DNA of 37,452 bases, taken from IMG/VR virus record IMGVR_UViG_3300043690_000025, positions 1 to 37,452 of that record; one strand, 5' to 3'. Below the pieces are notes generated by a model. That model worked only from the letters and a program-made list of their open reading frames with translations. It was not told the DNA's origin and did no database searches. The stretch is from a virus (taxonomy: Duplodnaviria; Caudoviricetes). Made by a program: the position numbers and the translations under genes. Within the stretch, counting starts at the first letter, position 1, and every line of letters begins with the position of its first letter. Shown here piece by piece: positions 17,778-27,057 of the stretch.

Positions 17778-18797
17778 TCATCGCAACCCCGCCTTCCGAC
17801 GACTGCGGTCGCTCTCATTCCCCCGGCGCACGTACTCCGGGCCAAATTCGAGATCGCTGTAGTCGCTCGAGCGGTGCGCGCCGGCCCCGACTGGCGTGAT
17901 CGGCGTCGGTGCGCGCAAGGGTGAACGAGGACCGGTGGAGACGGCGCCAGACGTCGAGTGCGCCTCCACGATCTGTGCGATGCGGCCCAAGGCAACCAAG
18001 GCGGGGCCGGGCGCCAATTCACTGATCCGGCGGGCATCCTCAGGGTGCTGGGCGAGGTAATAAATCGCCGCCACCCCGGACGGGTCGTGCGTAAAAAACT
18101 GGTCCATCGTCTCGGACACTGGCACGTCGCTGGCGCCCACCACCTCGGCATAGTCGGGATGCGCCGCGATGTAGTCCGTGCGTCGGGCCTCAAAGGCGGC
18201 CTGTGCAGCCGTCTGCGCCTGCTGCTGTTGCTGCGCGATGGTCGCCTGGAAAATCGCCGCCGCATGGCGATCGAGCTTCCAGTCCGCCACCGCGTCGACC
18301 CACTCCTCGTAGGTGCGGAACTGGTCGACCGTGGGCTTCGGCCGGTTCGGGTCGCGACTGGGCGCCGCCGGGGATAGGGGCGGCGCCCCCGTCGCCGCCG
18401 CGGGACCGGGAGCAGACCGGTCGCGCAGCTGCGCCTCCAGCGCGTCGAGCCGTTCGCGGTAGCTGTCGCGTTCGCGTTCGGCTTCGCGCTGCCGCCACGT
18501 CAGTTCGTTGATCCGCTTCTGGGATTCGCTCAGCGGTTTGCCAGGCGTGCCGCGTTGATGCGGCCGCACGGCGACGCCGGGCAGCGGCGGCTCGGCCTCG
18601 GACTCAGACGCCGGCGTCTCGGGGACCGACGCGGGTGTCGCGGCCGCACGCGGGCGATCGGCGATCCGCGGCGGCGTACGTTCGTTCGGATCCGCGCGTT
18701 CGCTGTCGCCGACCAACGGTGGCCAGTGGTCGGAGCCCGACTGCGCACTGACGGTGTCGTCGGTGGTCGTCGTCGGCGTGAGTGGTTCGTCGGCCAT
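17778..18797 (-). CDS. Scaffolding protein
   Basis: QKRINELT coiled coil; P...F.TYEEWVDAVADW; YYLAQHP; directly upstream of the coat gene. Confidence 0.88.
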   Translation of the reverse strand: MADEPLTPTTTTDDTVSAQSGSDHWPPLVGDSERADPNERTPPRIADRPRAAATPASVPETPASESEAEPPLPGVAVRPHQRGTPGKPLSESQKRINELTWRQREAERERDSYRERLDALEAQLRDRSAPGPAAATGAPPLSPAAPSRDPNRPKPTVDQFRTYEEWVDAVADWKLDRHAAAIFQATIAQQQQQAQTAAQAAFEARRTDYIAAHPDYAEVVGASDVPVSETMDQFFTHDPSGVAAIYYLAQHPEDARRISELAPGPALVALGRIAQIVEAHSTSGAVSTGPRSPLRAPTPITPVGAGAHRSSDYSDLEFGPEYVRRGNESDRSRRKAGLR

Positions 18798-18808
18798 GCG
18801 AAATTCAC

Positions 18809-18883
18809 GGGGACAAACGAAAAGGGGCGATGCAGCTCCGTGTTGCGGGTCACGGATCCACATCGCCCCTTCTCGATGTCCCC
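18809..18883 (-). promoter_or_regulatory. Long hairpin in the scaffold 5' leader
   Basis: Nested complementary arms GGGGACA/TGTCCCC, AAGGGGCGATG/CATCGCCCCTT and TCCGTG/CACGGA. Confidence 0.7.
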
Positions 18884-19022
18884 TTTGTCGCATCGCGCAG
18901 CCGCTGGGGTGCGGCGGTTCGGGTTGCAATCCCTAGCGCGAGCGGAAAGCTGTGTACGCTACATCTGGCCCGTCATTCTGCCACAACTGGAGGACGTCGC
19001 CGCAGCCGTCTGATCGCCCCTA

Positions 19023-19054
19023 TTGCCCTCCCGGTAAACTGTCGATACAATTTA
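19023..19054 (+). promoter_or_regulatory. brnTA promoter with overlapping palindromic operator
   Basis: TTGCCC-17 nt-TACAAT; imperfect palindrome TAAACTGT-CGAT-ACAATTTA. Confidence 0.7.
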
Positions 19055-19055
19055 T

Positions 19056-19325
19056 GTGCTGATCGGCTTCGACCCCGCGAAAGAGGCGCGCAATCTCCAG
19101 AAGCATCACATCAGTCTGATGGCCTATGCCCTCATGGATCTGGACGTCGCGCTCGTCACGCCCGTTGAGCGGCATGGCGAATCGCGCATCGTGACGTATG
19201 CGCCGATTGCCGGGCGGTTGCATCAGGCTGTCTACACCCTGCGCGGCTCGATGACGTGGATGATCAGCTTGCGGAAAGCCAACACACGAGAGGTACGCCG
19301 GTATGCACGCGCACGCGCACGTTGA
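19056..19325 (+). CDS. brnT: BrnT family toxin (RNase)
   Basis: FDPAKEARNLQKHHIS...GESR...ISLRKANTRE..RY. Confidence 0.92.
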   Translation: MLIGFDPAKEARNLQKHHISLMAYALMDLDVALVTPVERHGESRIVTYAPIAGRLHQAVYTLRGSMTWMISLRKANTREVRRYARARAR

Positions 19326-19617
19326 ACCCGATGACGACGACACGATCTTGACGGACGCCGAACTCGACAACCTGAGACCCGCCGCGGAGGTGTTACCGGC
19401 CGAGTGGCTGGCCGCGCACCGGGCGCAACGGCGCCGCCGCGGCCGGCAGAAGGCCCCGACCAAGCGCCTGATCAGCCTGCGCCTCGATCGCGACGTGCTG
19501 GCGGCGTGGAAAGCCACGGGTCGGGGCTGGCAAAGCCGCATGCAGGCGATCTTGGCCGCACACGCGCCGCGCCGGATCACCGCACGACGCCGCGTCACCG
19601 CGACTCGCCAGTCCTAG
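19303..19617 (+). CDS. brnA: BrnA family antitoxin
   Basis: RGRQKAPTK..ISLRLDRDVL...KATGRGWQSRM; overlaps brnT. Confidence 0.92.
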   Translation: MHAHAHVEPDDDDTILTDAELDNLRPAAEVLPAEWLAAHRAQRRRRGRQKAPTKRLISLRLDRDVLAAWKATGRGWQSRMQAILAAHAPRRITARRRVTATRQS

Positions 19618-21968
19618 CCGGGCCCCATCGCCGCGCCGGGACTCGCGCCCGGAAACGGCGGCGGCGGCCCGCCCGGCAGCCCCGGCGCCCCGATCGGCGG
19701 CACGCCAATACCGGGAGCCGACGGCGCCTGATCGGCCCCTGGAGGCCCGCCCAGGCCGTTGCCGTTCCCGTTCCCGTTGCCCGCCGGCTGCATCAGGTCC
19801 AGGAGCTGCCCGACGCTGTCGTGATGCTGCTGCGTCAGCTCGCGCAGCGCCGCCATCTGTTCCGTGAACAGCGTTTCGAACTTGTCGCTGCGCACCTTAG
19901 CTTCGGTCTCGAGCAGCGACACCTGCGCCTGCATCGCCGCAATGCGCTCGCGACTCTCGCGGTCGGCGGCCGCGATCCGTTCCTTCGACGACGCCTGGAA
20001 CGCGTTCGCGTGCGCGTCGGCCTGGAGCATCGCGTTTTGCTGCTGCAATTGCTGCAGGGTCGCCTGCATATGCTGGAACACCGCCTGCGCCGGCGGCGGC
20101 AACGCCGGCACCGCCCCGGGCTGCGTCTGGTCCTGGAGCTGCGGCGGGAGCATCTTTTTGAGCCGGGCCGAGATTTCCTGCGCGCCCGGCCAATCCATGT
20201 TCTTCGTCAACAGATCCCCGACCAGCGGGAACGCCGGCGGATAGGCGCGCACATACTCGACCATCGCCGCCGCCGCTTCCTGCCGCCGCGATTGATAACT
20301 CGGCCCGGCCGTGACCGTGACATCGTAGGTACCCGCACTCAGGTCGTACACGCCTTTGAGCCCTTTGGCCGCGAGAAAAGCGTCCGGCCCCAGGCTGAGA
20401 TAATCGGGCGGCATATTCTGCGGCCCGGAATAGACCAGCACCTTTTTCGCCTGTTCATCCAGGCCGGTGATCCGTACCACCTGCGGCAGTTCGTAGACAA
20501 TCGGGATCCACTCGATGAGCAGCCGCCCCAGCGAGCGAATGGCGCGCGCGAGGTTGTCCAGATAATTCGCGTTCCCCTGCTGCGCCTGTGCCTGGCGGGC
20601 GAGAATCGCGCGCCCGGATTGCTGCGAGGCCGCCTGCTCCGCCCCGTGCACGTCCATGAACCCCATCACCGCGCGCAGATTGTTCTCGGCGCGCTGCGCG
20701 GCCACCACCGTCGCCTGGATGGGCGGCTCAATGGCGTTGCGAATGGGCGGCGGCAACAGCTGCCCTTCGATGGTCGTCGGCTTGTAGATCAGGCGCGCCC
20801 AGTTGCGACTATTCGCCGTCTTCCACAGGTCTTCATAGCCTTCATCCTGCCCTTCGGCCATCACGTACGGCGCCCGCGGCCCGAGGCCAATCTGCTCGAC
20901 CGTCGCCGACTCCATCGCGTTGTCAATCTTCTGCGGGTCGATCGCGTCCCGCACGACGCCCCGATGGTCCAGCCGTCCGAGATCGTCCACGGTTTCGTCG
21001 CCAATCACCGGAATCAGCGGAATGCGGGTGCCGGGCACGATGGTCTGCTCGAGCACATCCACGCCCGTCATCAAGACCCAGCGCACCGTCGGCGTGCGCA
21101 CGACGCGCGTCCGATCCGGCTCCTGGTCCTCCGGCCATTGATCCTTGGGCAGCACCTGCGAGCCGAACAGCCCCAGCGTCGTGTCCTCGTCTTCGACGTA
21201 GTAATACTCCGCGACGCGGATCTGCTGCTCCGGGAACCAGTCGTTGATCGTGTCGCCAATCGACGCGAACGCCGCGCCGCTGCCCGCCTGGGCGTGCGCC
21301 TTCGGCCAGCGCGCCTTGAACGCATCGGGCGAGAAGTCCGCCGTGATGAAGGCGTAGCGCATATCGCGCCGGTCAAACTCGATCGCGCCTGGGTCGCAAT
21401 AGACCGTGAACCGGTTCCGAATACGGGCAATGCGGATCTGCTGCTGGAAGAGCGCCGGATCGCTGCCACCGCCGACGGTATTGCTCACATACTCGGTGTA
21501 GACGCGAATAAACCCCAGGCCAATCTCCGCCGCACTCTCGCCCGCCGTCTCATACGCAATCGGCGCGTCGCTGGTCGTCTCGATGTTGCGGATGATGCCC
21601 TGGAAGACTTCCGCGGTCGCAATGTCCGCGTCATCGTCCACCGGATTGACTTGGATCGCCGGCGGATTGTTCCGCATGTCGTTGGCGATCGCCTTCACGC
21701 CGCCACGAATGCGATTGATCGTCAGGCACGGGCGCCGATCCGCTTCGCGCTGCCGGCGCAGTTCCGGATCCCACTGCTTGGACGCCGCAAACCGCTGATC
21801 CTCGAGCTGGCGATCGCGTTCCGCGCGCTCCGCGTCCGCGGCGGCCCGGAAGTGCTTGCGGGCCTGCTCAAGCAGGTCGCGCTGCGCCGCGGGCGTGGTC
21901 GGGCCCGGGGCGGGTTGACCGCTGCGGGGCGGGAGATCCGGCGGGTCTTGGATCGGAGGTTGCGCCAT
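19614..21968 (-). CDS. Portal protein (P22-like)
   Basis: QW...RPCLTINRI; D.Q...N; GTYDVTVTAGPSYQSRRQE; C-terminal coiled barrel; 784 aa. Confidence 0.95.
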   Translation of the reverse strand: MAQPPIQDPPDLPPRSGQPAPGPTTPAAQRDLLEQARKHFRAAADAERAERDRQLEDQRFAASKQWDPELRRQREADRRPCLTINRIRGGVKAIANDMRNNPPAIQVNPVDDDADIATAEVFQGIIRNIETTSDAPIAYETAGESAAEIGLGFIRVYTEYVSNTVGGGSDPALFQQQIRIARIRNRFTVYCDPGAIEFDRRDMRYAFITADFSPDAFKARWPKAHAQAGSGAAFASIGDTINDWFPEQQIRVAEYYYVEDEDTTLGLFGSQVLPKDQWPEDQEPDRTRVVRTPTVRWVLMTGVDVLEQTIVPGTRIPLIPVIGDETVDDLGRLDHRGVVRDAIDPQKIDNAMESATVEQIGLGPRAPYVMAEGQDEGYEDLWKTANSRNWARLIYKPTTIEGQLLPPPIRNAIEPPIQATVVAAQRAENNLRAVMGFMDVHGAEQAASQQSGRAILARQAQAQQGNANYLDNLARAIRSLGRLLIEWIPIVYELPQVVRITGLDEQAKKVLVYSGPQNMPPDYLSLGPDAFLAAKGLKGVYDLSAGTYDVTVTAGPSYQSRRQEAAAAMVEYVRAYPPAFPLVGDLLTKNMDWPGAQEISARLKKMLPPQLQDQTQPGAVPALPPPAQAVFQHMQATLQQLQQQNAMLQADAHANAFQASSKERIAAADRESRERIAAMQAQVSLLETEAKVRSDKFETLFTEQMAALRELTQQHHDSVGQLLDLMQPAGNGNGNGNGLGGPPGADQAPSAPGIGVPPIGAPGLPGGPPPPFPGASPGAAMGPG

Positions 21969-22017
21969 CGTCCGCGCCTCAGTCTACGGCACCCGTCAAT
22001 GATCCGCGCATCACGTT

Positions 22018-22578
22018 TCACCCGATCCGCGTGATCGGCGCATGGCGCGTCACGCCCATCGCCGCTTGTTGTGTCAGCACCCAGCCGCCCCGTTCGCGCG
22101 TCGCGCGTTCCGCCGCGTCCTGCACGATGCAGTACTTCAGATTCGCCCCATCGAAGCGGTACAGCATGCGCGGATATTCGCGATACACGTACGGCGCCGT
22201 TCTTTGGACCACGAATCGACGTTTCAGCACCGTACTGGGCACACGCTCGAACGCGTCCACCAGCGCCGCCAGAATGCGCGCCCGGCGCTGCGCCAACACC
22301 CGCTCCGCGCGCTGCGCCTCTTTCGCTTGTGCCCGCGCACGCGCGACCCGCTCGCGGTCGGCCGCCTGGCGCTGCGCCTCCCGCGCCGCCGCCGATCGGG
22401 CCACCTGCTCGATCGTCCGCGACTCGGGCGCGTCCACGACCAGCGGATCGCCTGGACCGTAATAGGCGCTCGCGTGCAGCGGCCGGTCATAGCCGAAGCT
22501 CGCCAGCACGTCGCGCACTTCCCACTGTTCCGGCCAGAATTCCTGCGATCGAATCAGCCACGCCTCGGGCGGTCGCAT
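22018..22578 (-). CDS. Hypothetical protein with C-terminal YP-motif domain (copy 3)
   Basis: TGATG overlap with TerL-B; YVYREYPRMLY...IVQDAAER...GW. Confidence 0.65.
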   Translation of the reverse strand: MRPPEAWLIRSQEFWPEQWEVRDVLASFGYDRPLHASAYYGPGDPLVVDAPESRTIEQVARSAAAREAQRQAADRERVARARAQAKEAQRAERVLAQRRARILAALVDAFERVPSTVLKRRFVVQRTAPYVYREYPRMLYRFDGANLKYCIVQDAAERATRERGGWVLTQQAAMGVTRHAPITRIG

Positions 22579-24047
22579 CACCCCAACCACGCATCGGCCC
22601 CACTGGGCCCCCGACTGCGCGCCGCCACCCGATCCGCCTGGCGCGCCAGCTCCCGCCGCGCTTCCGCCGCTTTCTCCGCCTCCGTCAACTGCTGCGCACC
22701 GAAACTGAGCTCCAGATACTCCGCGCAGTTCATGCCGTGGTCGTACCAGCCGTCTTTCTTCGGCGTCCGCACCTGCTTGCGCCCGACCGAGACCAGATGC
22801 TCGCTCCACACATAGCCCGCCTCGAAGGCGTCCGCAACAAACGTCCAGGGCTGCGTCTCCCCCTTGCCCGTGACACGTAGCCAGCGCGTCGGGTCGCGCT
22901 CGACCAGCAAGGCTTCGCCAACCGGGGTGCGGCGCCGCATGTGCGCGCCAAGGCGCTCAATCATCGCCAGGCGCACCTCCGGACTATTCGCCGTGGTGCG
23001 CCACACGGGCGCGAAGCCCGCCTCCTTGAGAATCTGCACGCCGGTCAGGCGCGTCCCGCTCGGCGCCTGGGCGCCCGCCGGGTCGCAACAGGTCTGCAGC
23101 GAGGCGATCTGCGGAAACCACTGCGCCCGCGTCTGCTGCACGAGCGGCAGAAAATCTTCGAGGAACAAGTCTTGACCCAGGATGCCGCCCAGATAGACGA
23201 CGCCGCCCAAGGGCGGATACTGCGCCCAGACGAGACAGGGATGATGCCGCCCGAAGTCGATCCCCTCGTAGAGCGGCAGTGCCGGGTTGTAGACGCAGGG
23301 CCGCACATGCAGCGCGCGCGTAAACAGCCCTTTATAGACCGGCGTGCCAATGACGTTGAGCCCGCGCAACCCTTCGATCGCCGTGCGCCGTTTCGGATGC
23401 CCCGGCGGATAGGTCGCCTCGAGATCCGCAATCGTTTCCGGTGGCAGGTTGTGCGCGTTGTCGTAGATGCTCAGATGGTAGTACCGCTTGCGCGGGTCCG
23501 GATTACCCTCCGGAAATTCCTGCGCGAGCCAATGCGCCTCACTCGGCGGGTTGGGCGTCAAGAGAATCTGATGCGGATAGCCGGACTGCGAGAGTCGGCC
23601 GGCGAGCTCGAGAAACACGTCGTACGGCAACTCTTCGGCCTGGTCCACATAGATCCCGGCGAGCGTGAGACCGCGCAGCTTGGCGTAGCGCATCACCTGG
23701 TCGGCCGCCTTCAGCCCGAAGAGATACACGCGCGAGCCGTTCGCCAACTGGTCGTATTGTTCGTTCGGGTTCCAGATGAACCGCACGCCCATCGTGTGCA
23801 GCGTCTGCCGCCACGGCGGCCGTAACTTGGATTGCGTGTCCTGGTCGCCGTAGCGACAGACCAGCCAGTGCATCCCGGGATGCTGCAGACACGCGGCCGC
23901 GACTTTCGCCAGCGCCGCCGTGGTTTTGCCCGAGCGAAATGCGCCCTCGAGATCGACCAGACGTGCGTCGTCTCGGATGAAGCCTTCGATCGGCCCGCGC
24001 CAATCGAAATAGACTTCGCGCCGCGCCTCAGGGGTGGCCGTCGCCAT
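22578..24047 (-). CDS. terL: Terminase large subunit B (portal-proximal)
   Basis: GAFRSGKT Walker A; IYVDQAEE Walker B; TPNP motif III; GIDFG and DPAG nuclease motifs. Confidence 0.9.
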   Translation of the reverse strand: MATATPEARREVYFDWRGPIEGFIRDDARLVDLEGAFRSGKTTAALAKVAAACLQHPGMHWLVCRYGDQDTQSKLRPPWRQTLHTMGVRFIWNPNEQYDQLANGSRVYLFGLKAADQVMRYAKLRGLTLAGIYVDQAEELPYDVFLELAGRLSQSGYPHQILLTPNPPSEAHWLAQEFPEGNPDPRKRYYHLSIYDNAHNLPPETIADLEATYPPGHPKRRTAIEGLRGLNVIGTPVYKGLFTRALHVRPCVYNPALPLYEGIDFGRHHPCLVWAQYPPLGGVVYLGGILGQDLFLEDFLPLVQQTRAQWFPQIASLQTCCDPAGAQAPSGTRLTGVQILKEAGFAPVWRTTANSPEVRLAMIERLGAHMRRRTPVGEALLVERDPTRWLRVTGKGETQPWTFVADAFEAGYVWSEHLVSVGRKQVRTPKKDGWYDHGMNCAEYLELSFGAQQLTEAEKAAEARRELARQADRVAARSRGPSGADAWLG

Positions 24048-24510
24048 TGCCGTTCTCGTGCGTCGGCAGGAGGGCCCGCGCGTCAGGCGTCACGTCGATG
24101 ACGGCCGGCGGCTGCGAAGCAAAGCGGAATACGATAGTGACCGGCGCCTCGTCACGCGCCGTAGGCGCCTCAGGCGTCAGGTCCAGTCGCAACAATTTGG
24201 CGCGGCGTTCCATCACGCTGACCATCGCGCGGCAGGCGCTCGGATCGCCGTTGCGCACGCCCGCCGTCAACGCCACGGTGAGGACATCCAAGCGCCGCGC
24301 TTCGAGTTCGCGCAGCCGCTCAGCTTTGCGCTTCACTAGCGCATCTAACGACCCGAGTTCCTTCTGGACGTCGTAAAACGCGGTTTTGTCGGTGACGCCC
24401 AACTGGCGCCCGATCTGGCGATAGGTCGCCCCGGCAATACGGAGCTCCAGCGCCTTGACCGCCCGATCCCGCTGCGCTTCAGCTCGCCCGTTGAGCTTCG
24501 ACGGATGCAT
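24028..24510 (-). CDS. terS: Terminase small subunit B (HTH type)
   Basis: ALELRIAGATYRQIGRQLGV...RLD...MERRAKLLRLD; overlaps the TerL-B start. Confidence 0.78.
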   Translation of the reverse strand: MHPSKLNGRAEAQRDRAVKALELRIAGATYRQIGRQLGVTDKTAFYDVQKELGSLDALVKRKAERLRELEARRLDVLTVALTAGVRNGDPSACRAMVSVMERRAKLLRLDLTPEAPTARDEAPVTIVFRFASQPPAVIDVTPDARALLPTHENGNGDGHP

Positions 24511-24530
24511 GCCAACATTACCTGTCTGTA

Positions 24531-25781
24531 TTACCCGCGCACGGCTTCGCCGACTTTGACGGCACGCTGACCGGTGAACGCTTCCCAGCGGTCGATGATG
24601 ACTTGGCAATACTGCGGCTCTAGCTCAAGCCCGAAGCAGCGCACACCGTGCTGCTCCGCCGCAATGAACTGTGGCCCGCTCCCGGCAAACAGCTCATAGC
24701 ACGACTCGGCACCCCGTAAGTGCTTGACGATGGGCGTCGTAAAGAGCGCGACCGGCTTCGGGGTCGAGTGATTGAATGCCTGGCGCTCTGCCGCAGTCAC
24801 GTGGGCAAGTTCCCACACGGTCGTCTGTGTGCGCTCACCGGCGCCGAGTCCATAATCAGGCGGCTGATGCCCTTCAACCCAGCCCATAAAACAGGGTTCG
24901 TGCTTCCAGTGATACTGCCCGCGCCCGAGCAAGAGCACCGGCTTGACCCAGATAATTTGCCGATGCAGCACGACGTTTGCAGCAGCAGCAGCAGCAGCAG
25001 CAAAGAATCCTTGCGTCAGGTGCGCGTGCCAGAGATACCACGCCGCGTTGACCGCGAGCGCGTGCGCCGTCGCCACTCGAAACGCCGCTTCGAGAAACGT
25101 CTGCAACGCCTCATCACGAAGTTCGTCCTTCGCCACCCGTGGCTTCGCCACTCCAGGATTCGGTCGGTCATCGTTGGCGTACGAGACTCCGTACGGCGGG
25201 TCGGTATTCATCAGCCCGGCATGTACGTCGCCCATCAGCCGCGCCACGTCCTCCGCCTGCGTACTATCGCCGCAGAGCAGCCGATGCGTCCCCAACTCAA
25301 ACAGATCCCCGCGCTGAATGTCGGTCGCCCGCTGCTCGGGCACCTCGTCCGGATCCGTGCGCCCCGCCTTCGCCGTCACCGGTACGCCGAGCAGCGCGGC
25401 CAGCTCCTCATCGGTCCAGAACGTCTGCAGATCCAGCCCCTGCGCCTGGTCGGCCAGGAGCTGCGCCACGTCCCAGGTCGCCAGTTCCGCCGTGCGGTTG
25501 TCGTAGAGCGCCAACGCCCGTTTCTGTGCGTCGGTCAAGCCGCGCCGCCGCACCGCAATCAGCTCATCGCCGGTCGCGTCGACCATCCGCACTTTCGAGA
25601 GTCCCGCCGCTTTCGCCGCCTGGACGACGCCGTTGCCGGCCAGCACGACGTTGTCTTCGTCGACGACGATGGACCGCGCCGCGCCCACCTGCTTCAGCGC
25701 GTCCGCAATCATCGCGACGTTGCGCGCATTGTGCGTGCGGCGATTGGTCGGGTCCGGCTTCAGCGTCTGCAGCGTCGGCAT
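24531..25781 (-). CDS. ParB-like N-terminal domain plus amino-DNA methyltransferase (beta class)
   Basis: PDPTNRRTH...LYDNR; HRLLCGDST, TDPPY, HSTPKP, ELFAGSG. Confidence 0.92.
   Translation of the reverse strand: MPTLQTLKPDPTNRRTHNARNVAMIADALKQVGAARSIVVDEDNVVLAGNGVVQAAKAAGLSKVRMVDATGDELIAVRRRGLTDAQKRALALYDNRTAELATWDVAQLLADQAQGLDLQTFWTDEELAALLGVPVTAKAGRTDPDEVPEQRATDIQRGDLFELGTHRLLCGDSTQAEDVARLMGDVHAGLMNTDPPYGVSYANDDRPNPGVAKPRVAKDELRDEALQTFLEAAFRVATAHALAVNAAWYLWHAHLTQGFFAAAAAAAANVVLHRQIIWVKPVLLLGRGQYHWKHEPCFMGWVEGHQPPDYGLGAGERTQTTVWELAHVTAAERQAFNHSTPKPVALFTTPIVKHLRGAESCYELFAGSGPQFIAAEQHGVRCFGLELEPQYCQVIIDRWEAFTGQRAVKVGEAVRG
24979..25002. repeat. (GCA)8 trinucleotide tract encoding poly-Ala
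   Basis: Read directly; in frame within the MTase. Confidence 0.9.
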
Positions 25782-25783
25782 GC

Positions 25784-26065
25784 TCAGACCTGAGGCGACC
25801 CAGTAACAACCGGCAGCGTCCCGGGCGCGAGCGTGGGCTGCGTGAGCGGCGGCCGCACCGGCGCGATGCGCGGCACGCCGGGATGGACGACCGCCACCGG
25901 ATGGACGTGAATATGGAGCGTCGAAGGGCCGGCGTATTGCCGCAGCCGACGGCCCGCTTTCGCGCCGGCGAGGGCGGCAACCGCAATCGGATGGACGGGG
26001 CGGGCATAACTGCCGAGGCGCCGCCGTTCAGCCAACATCCGAGTTTGCGCGGGAGTTAGGGCCAT
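25784..26065 (-). CDS. Hypothetical basic, Pro-rich protein
   Basis: AGGAG RBS; packed between neighbours. Confidence 0.6.
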   Translation of the reverse strand: MALTPAQTRMLAERRRLGSYARPVHPIAVAALAGAKAGRRLRQYAGPSTLHIHVHPVAVVHPGVPRIAPVRPPLTQPTLAPGTLPVVTGSPQV

Positions 26066-26068
26066 GGA

Positions 26069-26284
26069 TTAGCGCACTCCTTTCGCGTAATCGCTGAGGC
26101 GCCTGCGCCGGTTCGCGCGTGCGCTGGAGCCCTTCACATAATGGGGGAGGTTCGTTTCCTTCGTCGCCGCGAACTCGTGCAGCGTTTTGCGCGGGAGTTG
26201 CGCGAGGCGCGGATAGTAGCTCTCGGAGGGATCATGTTCCGCGATGGCCATGGCCCGTCTTTGGGCGACCGATTGGCTAGGCAC
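26069..26284 (-). CDS. DUF3008-like small protein
   Basis: MPSQSVAQRRAMAIA...LHEFAATKETNLP. Confidence 0.65.
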   Translation of the reverse strand: MPSQSVAQRRAMAIAEHDPSESYYPRLAQLPRKTLHEFAATKETNLPHYVKGSSARANRRRRLSDYAKGVR

Positions 26285-26335
26285 TGTTCACCCCGCGTCC
26301 TTGCATTCTACGCTGGTCGAGCGACGCGGCGCGCA

Positions 26336-26650
26336 TCAATGCACCTGCGTCGGCGGCGTCACGCCCTCGTCGAGATCCGCCAGAAACAGGACGCGCGTCA
26401 TCGCCCGCACCAGGTCTGCGCACACCCGCGCGCCGACCACCAGCCCGGCCAGATCCTCCGCGGTCGCCGTGCCCGACGCGATCACGCGGTCATTGAGCGC
26501 CGCCACCCGTCGCAGCACCACCCACGCGTCCCGCTCGAGCGCGGTCCAGGCGTGGCGCGTCACGATGGGCGCATCGGGCTGCGCCAGCCAGCCTTCCAGC
26601 GTCGCGACGATCGCGGCGCCCTGCTGGTCGAGCTCGTCGGCGAGCGTCAT
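26336..26650 (-). CDS. Hypothetical protein
   Basis: ATGA overlap; GGGGAG RBS. Confidence 0.6.
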   Translation of the reverse strand: MTLADELDQQGAAIVATLEGWLAQPDAPIVTRHAWTALERDAWVVLRRVAALNDRVIASGTATAEDLAGLVVGARVCADLVRAMTRVLFLADLDEGVTPPTQVH

Positions 26651-26880
26651 GCTCCCCGCTCCCACGCGTGACAAATCCGGGCATATTCTGGCCCGCACTC
26701 GCCGGTCGCGGCATAGACCCGCACGAATGCGAGCAGCGCGATTTTTCGGGGTAAGCGCATCGCGATCATCCATGGCAGCGTTTCGTGCCAGTGCCAGCGC
26801 AGACGCGCCGGGGCGTAATGCCGCACCAGCCACCACCGATACCCGACCTGCCACCGTAGCGTGCCTTCGGGTGCGGTCAC
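26647..26880 (-). CDS. Hypothetical Trp-rich protein
   Basis: Overlaps both neighbours by 4 nt. Confidence 0.6.
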   Translation of the reverse strand: MTAPEGTLRWQVGYRWWLVRHYAPARLRWHWHETLPWMIAMRLPRKIALLAFVRVYAATGECGPEYARICHAWERGA

Positions 26881-27002
26881 GGGACGAACTTCCCGATGGC
26901 GAGGAGGATCACCGCGACGGGGATCAGCGGATACGCCGACGCCACAAAACTCGCGACGGCGAGCAGCAGCGCAATCACGGCGAGAATCTGGCCAGCCGTC
27001 AT
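26877..27002 (-). CDS. 41-aa two-TM membrane protein (holin candidate)
   Basis: GGAGGAGG RBS; MTAGQILAVIALLLAVASFVASAYPLIPVAVILLAIGKFVP. Confidence 0.6.
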   Translation of the reverse strand: MTAGQILAVIALLLAVASFVASAYPLIPVAVILLAIGKFVP

Positions 27003-27057
27003 ATCGCCTCCTCCCTCACAGCCTCCACGCTTGGACGCACGCCGGAACAGGACCCTG

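Noticed and set aside
19404-22034. 876-aa plus-strand ORF and similar long antisense ORFs (e.g. 7255-9123, 13968-15548)
   Set aside because: Arg-rich shadow frames opposite well-supported genes, expected in high-GC DNA.
24979-25002. (GCA)8 as a phase-variation switch in the MTase
   Set aside because: A triplet unit cannot shift the frame; it only changes poly-Ala length.
26305-26310. TAGAAT (and TAGACT near 21981-21986) as late promoters
   Set aside because: A -10-like hexamer only, with no convincing -35 or shared activator motif.
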